NCBI RefSeq assembly: GCF_964355755.1
Contig: NC_092674.1
Location: forward strand, 9,424,001-9,488,000
DNA: 64,000 bases
Reading direction: 5' to 3'
Origin: Antedon mediterranea
Lineage: Eukaryota > Animalia > Echinodermata
Positions 54,432-64,000 of this stretch are shown one piece after another. How positions within the stretch are numbered: the stretch's first letter is position 1; every line of letters starts with the position of its first letter. The translations under genes were made by a program, and so were the position numbers. The notes below the pieces were generated by a model that made no database searches, had not been told where the DNA came from, and saw nothing but the letters and a program-made list of their open reading frames with translations.

Positions 54432-56877
54432 GTAAGTTTTTTTTTGTTTTCATACAGTTAGCTTTGTATTCATATATTGCTATGAAATTATTACCCCATA
54501 TCATGTGTTTTTATTTTAATTTATGAATATGGTGCTGAATGAATTAATTTAATTTTCACAATTTTTGGTTGGTTAACCTATCAAAATGGCCCTTTTATCT
54601 AAACAGTAACACCAAATTACTGTACTTTCAACTTTATAACGGCCAGCTTATGCACCTTTATCATTGCATTGATAAGGTTTGATTTAATTGAAGAAGGAAC
54701 AAATGTTGATTAAAATATTTTTGGATGCATTTTAACAGATTTTAATTCATCACAAAATATCTTGTGTGTCATGCATTCTAGTAACTAATCGGATGTAATT
54801 ATGTATTAAATACAGAAATAACCTTTTAAAAAACAAAATTCAAACAGTATACGTAAAATGTTTCTATCTTAAACCAACATTACTGGAGATCAGGATGGAG
54901 GCGCACGGGGAAAACTGGAGGGTTGGTTTGGAACGTCTGTTATTTAAAGGCCCCTAGCTTTGTGAAGTGAAATCAAAGCTAATGAAACTGATGGGCCCCT
55001 ATACTGGTATGATCACTGCTGTGAATCAAATTAGAAATTCATCATGTAGACAGAGTATTGAAAGCACCTAATTCATAATTAAATCAAGTAGGAAATTTAG
55101 GTTGATATATATTCAGTCTAGCATGTGTTTACAGTATATTTGATTGAATGCTTCTACGCTTTTCCATCTGTGCATACATTAGTTGATGCTGATAACATTT
55201 TGGAACATTGAGGCATGTTTTCTTTTGAATTGAGAAATAAGAGTATTTGGATTTAACAGAAACTCGCCAGAGCAGTTATAATGTAGCTGTTATTATTGGC
55301 GAGATTGGTCGGTATAGGTTAAAAAAACTTGAGGGGCAATAAGTACATTATGGTTCTCGTCAGCACCTTTCAACATTTTGGTGCTGGATTTGGGTAAATG
55401 TTATTTTTCTTCAGATTTTAATCATAATGTACAATAAACCTTATCAACTCAAGCTTAAAAGGTCAATTGTATATACCAAGCCTAGCTAGTTCTAGACCTA
55501 CATGTTCACATTCACACAAGAGAATGAAGATATTGACAGATTACTATTTTTAACTGTCGTTCTTGGTATTTATTAACTTTAATCATAACCTAAGATTAGG
55601 GATTTTAAAAACATTTTTGATGTGGGGCCCAATTTTGCATGCGGACGTCTGGCATGAACCATGCCATCTATTCCGATGAAATGCGGTTTTCATTCAAATC
55701 AAACTTATAATCTGAATTCTATTAACACACTTTTTCTGGTTTGAACGTGTATTTCCAACTTTAAAATGCTTCGAACTTCCCTCTTTCACAGAGTTGATTT
55801 TAATTGAAGGAAACTTGTGCCTTACATGATTGTAAACAAAAATTAAATGAATTTCAAAATATAACCATTTTAGACAATCAACAATTCTTATTAAATTAAA
55901 CAGATTATTGTACTTACGAGAATGGAAATCTAACTTTATTTAGGCGACAGATTTCTTCCTCTGATAAGAAAGATTAACACATCTCATAATGTTATGACTA
56001 GCTAATAACAAATTTATGAGAATCATAAATCATAATTATCATTAAGATGTTTGGTAGAAATCCCTAATCAACCATTTATCATTGATTACCCAGTGAGAAA
56101 TATGACGAGATTGAAGTATGATTCATATTCCATTGTTTAACCAGTTTCCTTGAATCCATGTTCGAGCAACCATGATGAATGTGCTGAACCATGATCAGTC
56201 AAAGTTAGAGTCTGCTTGACAACAAAGCTTCTTATGGACAATGTGATCATGACTCTGTACTACCATAGATGAGTATCGTGATCAGTCGCAATGTACATGT
56301 AATCGGCGCTGATGGGAGAGTGATAAATTGAGCTTTTATTACACTGGACTTATTTTGGTCAAATTAAATAAGTCATATGTTAAGTTAATCAAAAAGTCCA
56401 ATTTTAATACAAATATACACCGAGGTAAAATTTAACCTTAAAAGGTCTTGGTTAATTTTAACTCGGTGTATGCCCCTGCAAGCCTACAGCAGTAGAACTT
56501 AGCAGGGCTATCCAATCCTAATGTACAATTCTTTTATTTTCAAGTCCAGTGTGAACAAGGCTTTAGTTATACTTCCAATTGCAGTTCAGCTGGCCATTTC
56601 AGACACAGCTGATTCACAATATATGTTTTTAAGAAAGGTGTAATGGAATGTGTTGGTTATTTGGGTATTTAGTATCAGGAGTTGATGCCCTAGCACAAAA
56701 TCGCAATGGGTAACAAGTTTGCTAGACCAAAAAGTGCCAATCCTTCATTGATGATAGTGGCAGTAGAAACTGACCAGTAGGCCTACTGAATTTCTCTATT
56801 GTGGTCCCAAATTGTAATATTAAACTATTTGGCTGATAATTTTTCATCAATAAGAATTTAAGTTGATACCTACCTAT

Positions 56878-57883
56878 GGGCCTGTTCAGACCTACGGAGT
56901 TATGCTTTCGTATTGTACGCGGCGTACAAATCCATAGGTCTGAACCAGGAAAAGATTAGTGGAAGCCACCTCGTACGACACTGATATTTCGTACGCTACG
57001 AAAGCTCAAGGTATGAGTTTAGTGGACGTCGCTTACAATACGAAAGTCACGCATCGATGAATATGACCTAGGTTAGATATCTAGCCAATCAAATTACAAT
57101 ATTCGCCACATCACATCGTGACATGTGCTCATCGTATAGCCAAGCTGATCCATTTGTTGTGATTGGTGAACGTGCGAAAAAATCGTACCTTTTGTTGTTA
57201 CACTATGCAGTATTATTATTATTATTATATTAATTAATTTAAAATGACATCAAAGCGTGCGCATTGGCGAGAAACCGAAGTAAAATACCTTATTTCATTG
57301 TGGGGAAGCCCTGAGTTCAGAGATCGGTTGGAAGTGAAAAACTGGCGTAAAAGCACCGGCAAGAAGATGTCTGTCTGTGTTCAACGACATGGCGGACACG
57401 TTAGCAGACGGGCCATCCTCATAAAGAAGGATTTAATATCCAAACAAAATTGAAGGGGTCGTCGTATTAAAGCGGCGAAAGACCGAGTAAATAAATCTGG
57501 AGCCGGTGCAAGCATGCTCCATGGTGCAAGTACGGGATTTGAAAATTTTTTGCTGCCATAAATGATATTTTAGGTCATAGACCAAATATAAACCCAAACC
57601 CCAAAACGATCGGCTGGTTGGTATGCCTGACAACCAATCGATAATGCCGAGCCCAAGTGTTCGGTCTAGGCCTGTAACTCCCAAACCAACCACTACTACT
57701 TTTAATAACAAAGGTAGGTCTATGCGTGCGTTAGAGTTTGGTTAATCGCCAGCGAGTGACATCATATCCGTTTGTAACGCAACTTCGTTGCAATGAATCT
57801 GAACACTTTGCTCTTACGACGCTCATTAAAATATGACCTTGGCTGTGATACGAAAGCATAACTCCGTAGGTCTGAACATACCC
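56878..57883 (+). mobile_element. Non-autonomous PIF/Harbinger element, copy B (inverted relative to A), with Myb/SANT remnant
   Basis: Near-identical reverse complement of 51156-52151; flanks TAT/TAA. ORF 57244 reads AHWRETEVKYLISLWG, and a frameshifted downstream piece reads KAAKDRVNKSGAG..ILGHRP. Confidence 0.85.
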
Positions 57884-60397
57884 TAAGTAACCACTGAAGT
57901 TAACTCATGAAACCAACTAAGTCTGAAGAGGCCCATGGTACTTGTGGTTTGACCCCATTGTTCAATATATTATGGAATAATCCACATCATTACAACATAA
58001 ATACTGTACCATGTGGCACATAATGATGATTTTATACCCTATAATATGGTGAAAATTTAATGCATCACTGTAATACTTAATTTGAACAGGTCATAGTTTT
58101 ATTCTGAATTAGGTAAATTGTATCTACCAGTACATTATATAGATTAAGAGCAAGTTGAACTATTGACTTTACACACCCATGATGCACTAACTATGATGAC
58201 ATAATGACTTGTATTTCATCAGCATTGATGAAAATACTTAACAGTTATTAAAGTGTGTTATTGTTTTTTAATTGTAATTGAAAAGATTTTTTAATGTTTT
58301 ATCGCTGTGCAACTTTTAGCTTCAACGCAAAATAATGCCTTTTTGATTGAACCGCCTTTGATCTTCAGTCAACTTATAGTAAACTTCTTGACCATTTGAC
58401 TGCCAGAGCTCATTGCATTTTTTTGTAATGTCGTTTTATATTTAACAATTCACCACTGGTTGATTGTGTGTGTTATGTGTGTTGTTATTTTTTCAATAAC
58501 ATGTAGCAGTATGCAACAGAAATGAAACCAATGATTACTTGTTAATAATATCGAGGAATATCAGCAAAATCAAAAAACAAAGAAACACTGATAAGAAATA
58601 CTTATTATATTACTCAATATTTCTTGTGTGTTGTATATTCTCCAGAATAAGCTAAACATTTTTTGATTAAACTTTAACCTACATAGTGATTACATAAAAA
58701 AAGCAATTTTAAATATTAGCTATCAATTTAGTTGTTAATACTGATTCAAAGTTGTTGTGTACAGTCGTGACCTGCTTATTAAATGCAAAAATGAATTTCT
58801 TAATATAAGATACTTCTCTTATACTTACTTAAATACAAAAATTATTTTCAATCTTAAAGCCTAGGGCCTAGGGTTTTGTTTGTTTCATTTTTTTGTCTTA
58901 GTAAAAATAGGTCGCCTTTGTCTACATGTATCACTGAGGACCATTATGTCATATCAATCAAAATGTATTTGTCAGTACATTAATCCAAAGGATTGTGAAC
59001 ATTATGATCAGATAACATAACATTATGTTCAACATTTATACCAAATCATGTTGCATGTCATTAAACCTTTGTTTCTGCAAACCTGTAGGAAATATACATT
59101 AATATGAAACATACCTCTATGGTTGAATTTGTGCAGCATTAACTTGTATTTAATACAAATTTACCCAAGACAAAACCATAGACCAAAGGCTCAACCCTTG
59201 ATTGATATAAATATAAAACAATGAAATTAATTTAATATTTAACATTAACAAATTCATCTGCAGAGGAGGTGAAGCTTGGTGAGGTCCAGTGATCGTACTC
59301 ACCAATCACACTCAAGTGAGATATTTCCCTTAAATATTAAGTATTTCACTAAACTCAATGAATATTTCCCTTAAATTGTATTCATTTAGATAGGAGATTT
59401 TTTTAAATTTAAAGTGTTTCCTTTAGCCTAAGTGTGAATGGTGAATACGGCCACTGGGTTCTTGACCTTTCCTACTTTCTAATGAGACTTAAATTTTTAA
59501 GCATGATACATAGTTATAAGTCCATTCTGTAAAAAATAAGTTTCTTCTCATTGGATATGTAAGAAGTAATAAAAGAAAAAAAATGATATTGTTGTTTAAA
59601 TATTTAAAATAATTTAATAATATCAGAAATACTGTAGGAATATTTTGCGTCTAACACTTATAAATGGAATGATTTGACTATTCTAGTTGGCAGAGAGAAT
59701 ATTTCCCACTGTAATTCAATGACATACAGTACAGACTTAATTTATACTAATTTGCAATACCAAAATTGAAGATGATTCATAATTATTCAATCATTGTTAT
59801 CAATCACAATAAATATTTTTGTAAAACTGAAAATCCGATATATTCTAATCGCCTGTTCATTCACCCATAGGTCACCTAATGACTTATTTTTCACGCCAAA
59901 CAGCGCAATGTGTTGATTTTGTTACGCATCGATGACCAAACTGGTCTGTTGCCTTTTAAAATGTGTTTTAAACAATGGGTTAATATTTAATTAAAAGTAA
60001 ATAACTGTGCTACCTTTATCAAACTAGTAAATAATGGTCTTTTGTTTGTTGTAATTGTTGGTTTCTGAAGAGATGAATATTTTAAGTGAGTTCAGTTGGG
60101 CGTGTGTAATAATCCGTAGATATTGTGTGTGCGTTGAACCGCGGAGGACCTATTGAACCACACAGATCCTTGAGTCTCTGGTTCAATTCAAATCATGTGG
60201 CCTCCTTGCGTTTCAGCTGAATGACTAGATAATCCATTGCACTTTTGTAGTTCAAAATTACAAAAGATATGAATTTAGACATTAAAACATACTTGATGAT
60301 TGTGGTTCTGTCATTTCATCAGCCAAGGAATTAGTTATATTTGGCTTTGTTTTTCTCAGTCTATGAATTGGAGACAAAACTATGGTCTGAAATTGTA

Positions 60398-60575
60398 GTG
60401 GAGTTGTAGCTTGTTAGTTAATGTGTTTACCTTCCAATCCCAAGGTCCAGGGGTCAATCCTGACCTAGTGCCATGGTTGTAAACTCACGACTCAACCCCA
60501 CTCTCTAAGCCTCAAATGAGACATAGTTTATAAGCATGATAATAGTTTGTCCATGAGGTGCTCACTGTTGGATGT
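60398..60575 (+). mobile_element. Old tRNA-derived SINE copy
   Basis: GTGGAG.TGTAGCTTG..CCTTCCAATCCCAAGGT.CAGGG.TCAATCCTGACCTA, shared with the copy at 63198. Confidence 0.6.
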
Positions 60576-63197
60576 AATTTAGGAGTTTTACTTTTGTAGA
60601 TATGTACAGTAAAGTACGTTGTTAGTCAACTCCTGTCCCAAATTTATTTATTTGAAGTAAAATTTAAAAAACTATTCCACCAGACTTTTAAGCCAATAAA
60701 TGTAGCTATAACAGTACAGCATTATTATTCTTCGTATATATCAATATTGTTGTGCTTAAATCCTTCTTTTTATGATATTAGAATGAATATGCTAATTGTA
60801 AATATATAAATATTTTGAATACTTGTTATTTATAGTAGCTCTATTTAATACTGGTTTTGTTGAGTTTATTTCTGATACAATAATCTATATTTGTGTTATA
60901 ATATTTATTCTACTGCTGTCAGCTATTCTCAGAACGCTCTAAATATTCAGTACTTAAATATTGAGGTTATAGAAAGTTCAATGATGGTACTCATTTGTGA
61001 AATGTAAAACACAATTACGAAAGAAGGCGTTAAAGCCGATTTTAGTCCTCGTTTTAAATGAGTGCTTCGGCTTGAGCTTGATTATACTGTATCATAGATA
61101 CTGGTTTAAAGTATTTTTTTGGCACATCTCATTTTACATCGTCATTTAGCACTAACTTACCATTTTCTATATCATGCTAACCGCACAAATGATAGTCGTT
61201 CTCCAGAAAGAGTATCTTTTAAATCGCCTTAAAATATTCAGTTCAGTTGAAATGAATTTTGTTTGTAATGAAAATTTCTTGACAACACCCAAATCCAGTC
61301 ACTAATTTGTTGCCATTTTCTCTACATTACAATTTGGTCACAGAGAGGTCAACACTAACTAGTGATGGTGCCTGTCCACTGAAGACTAGTATCCTTTATT
61401 GTTCTTCTTCTTATTCTACAGTATTTACTGTATGTATACAATATTTATATTCAATATGCTATAAAATGAAGCTTAAGCCATACCCGCAAGAAAGTTGACG
61501 ACAATAATTAAGGATGATTATCATGTAAAAATAAATTTATAGACAACACTAATAAAAAAAGTACATATGTAAAAACCAATGTGTGACAGGCTTAATTACT
61601 ACCAATGACCAGTAGTGACTTGAGCATTAATGATGTTAAATCTACAGTACATGTCTCTTGTTCTATTCACTGCACCTGCTTTGCAATAATTTTATGCTTC
61701 CGAAAACCCTAAAGCGGTGATAGTATCTCTACCATTAGAAAGTCAAGTTGCAGATGATGCCAGCTGCTTAAATGCATACATACTAGACTGGTTGATAGAT
61801 TTAAATATGTAGTTTATTCTAGCAATGTGCTATGGGCGTGTTATTTCCAAAAAGACTACAGTAGAATTGGAATAATATATTGAAATAATTGAATTACTTG
61901 AAAACTGACTGACCACACCTACTTGGGGCCTACAATTGTAAATGGTAAGTTACAATTTTAAGATCCACATACCTGTTGAATGAAGTGAAATTCACTATTT
62001 TGTGTGATAACCGGTACTGGTGTAATATTAAATATAGATGTTTTTTTAAAAGATTACTATTCGACAGGTTGTTTCTGGAAAATAAAGCTTGTTTGCTGAT
62101 ATGAGAAGAGGGAAGGGGTTCCAAACCATAAATCCCCTATGAGCAAAAGTGATGGTAAAAGTAGTAAAGTTTACACACAATTTTAATACAGTATTTGTTA
62201 TGTTTTACATACATATGCTCGGGTATTTACTGTATATAGGTCAACAAAATATTTTACATTATAAGCTCTCCCAATTTTATGCAGCATTTACTACAGAACA
62301 AATACATTTTTTGTTAGAACTGTGCAAATCTAAACAATAATATATATATAGATCAACAAAAATAATTTAGATCTTATCAATTTATTTTGTATCTGCTTCT
62401 ATATTAACTTAGTTAGGAATAACTTTTGTAGTTTATCCATGTACTCAATTTTAATTTAGTATTCTAAATACATATAATCTAGTAATCTGAATACGTTTTG
62501 TTGTAAACCAATCACTGTAGATACTGTTGCCTTTGTATTGGATAAATAGCTGAATTAGCAGACTTTCTCCCTCTAGCATTCCGTCAAACCTCTTCCATTA
62601 AAAGGGTAATAAATAGCTACTGTGCTATGCTGTATATATGTGCTACCATTAAGTGTCGGAAAACTGGCGTCAATTTTCAATTTAGGAGAATGTCATTCCA
62701 ATACTGTTCATGATAATGATCTATTAAGTTTTTGAATACAATTTATTATATGTGCATTTCATGCAAATCAATGAGAAAAGGGGAAAGATATATAGCCTTA
62801 CTAAATAAACAACAATGATTAAATATGTTGAAGGATGCTGTAGTATTTATTATAACACACTGACTGTATCCTTACTATTTGATTGGTCAATTTTGTATCA
62901 CATGTCGTTCAGTATTTAATTAGGTCTATTGCACATAAAAGTGATATTTAATGGTACTATTGCATGTTTAGCTTTGTATAAACATTTAGATATTTGTGCG
63001 CAACATGAGGCTGCCTGGTGACTGGCTTGCATGTTTGAAAACTAAACCAGTGGGTGCCCTCTGTTCTACTCTACTTGGCCAAATTTGAGCACTGCCTTTT
63101 TTAATGACCTACTGTAGCCCTCCGCCAAACCACTACATTGAATAAAGATGGAAGCAATGGATTAATCGAATAAAGTTTACTTTAAAGTAGTGCGAAA

Positions 63198-63392
63198 GTG
63201 GAGCTGTAGCTTGGTTGTTTAAATGTGCTTGCCTTCCAATCCCAAGGTTCAGGGTTCAATCCTGACCTACTGACATACAGTGCCAAAGTTGTAACTCACA
63301 GCTTTTTCAACTGTACTCCCTAAGCCTAAAATGACACTGTTCATAAGCACAATCAATTATAAAATAGTTTATCCATCCTGCTGTTGGATGCG
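63198..63392 (+). mobile_element. Old tRNA-derived SINE copy
   Basis: A-box-like TAGCTTGGTTG and B-box GGTTCAATCC; homologous to the copy at 60398. Confidence 0.6.
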
Positions 63393-64000
63393 TATAAAAA
63401 GAAAAACTGTTCTGTTCTATTCAACTTATAAACATTCATTGCTTGTATACTTATTTACTTCATTATTATGTTTATGTTATTATGTTACTAATGAATGTCT
63501 AGTCACCATAACAATATATGACTATAAAAACATCCTGCAATTGAACAGTTACATTTTATGATATTTTCAATAATTAAAAACTTTTGCAAATAAACTGAGT
63601 TCAGTTAATGTAAAATTTGATTAGGGTTTTACTACTGTCTATAAAATAAAACAATATTATGGTATATATAATGATTGATTGATTAGTTAAATTATTATAT
63701 AATTGCAATATTGAACAAGCATGAATGTGCGATACACGGGGTATAGTAAAAGAAGCTGTAATGAAGTCATAAGACGGGATGTGACGTCACATACACATTA
63801 ATAACCTTGCTACTAAATACGGCTATACGGTACCATCTTCAAGACAGCATATGGCTGCATCCGGTTTGAAATTAAAAAATCCGGCTCTGTAGATTTGAGG
63901 ACATGTCCCTGTAGTGTATTCATGCCAAATCCCAGCTCAATACTACAACGAATAAGGAAGGAGTAGTACTTTATAAATTGCACTTTTTACTTAAAAGTGT

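Noticed and set aside
56415-56470. Short hairpin ATACACCGAG..CTCGGTGTAT as a structured RNA
   Set aside because: More simply a MITE remnant; no other support.
51156-57883. Single composite transposon with 1-kb TIRs
   Set aside because: Copy A has its own TTA/TTA TSD and the outer flanks differ (TTA vs TAA), so two insertions are more likely.
41506-64000. Short ORFs in the right flank
   Set aside because: No recognisable protein signal apart from the Harbinger Myb/SANT remnants.

Overview
AT-rich metazoan (invertebrate-like) genomic DNA with spliceosomal introns. No host protein-coding exon is clearly recognisable. Two candidate non-coding exons (~19.3-19.4 kb and 54127-54431) suggest much of the window is a large 5' intron. 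The centre (23743-41505) is a four-level nest of DNA transposons, each with readable termini and a perfect TSD: a Tc1/mariner-pogo-type MITE (TA) contains an autonomous Kolobok (TTAA; THAP-DDE transposase plus KolX/P2X7-ballast-like gene), which contains a 10.7-kb IS3EU-type element (TATGG..CCATA, 6-bp TSD, ~1-kb TIRs; intact integrase-like transposase plus a damaged HECT-ligase-like gene), which contains a Ginger-like TGT..ACA MITE (4-bp TSD). The most striking observation is that the Kolobok transposase gene carries a mosaic antisense copy of its own catalytic exons starting at its stop codon, which predicts a self-targeting hairpin RNA. The flanks hold SINEs, MITEs, a tRNA-like gene next to a hammerhead-like motif, and an inverted pair of Harbinger-derived elements around a candidate exon. 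All exon models and alignments were read by eye.
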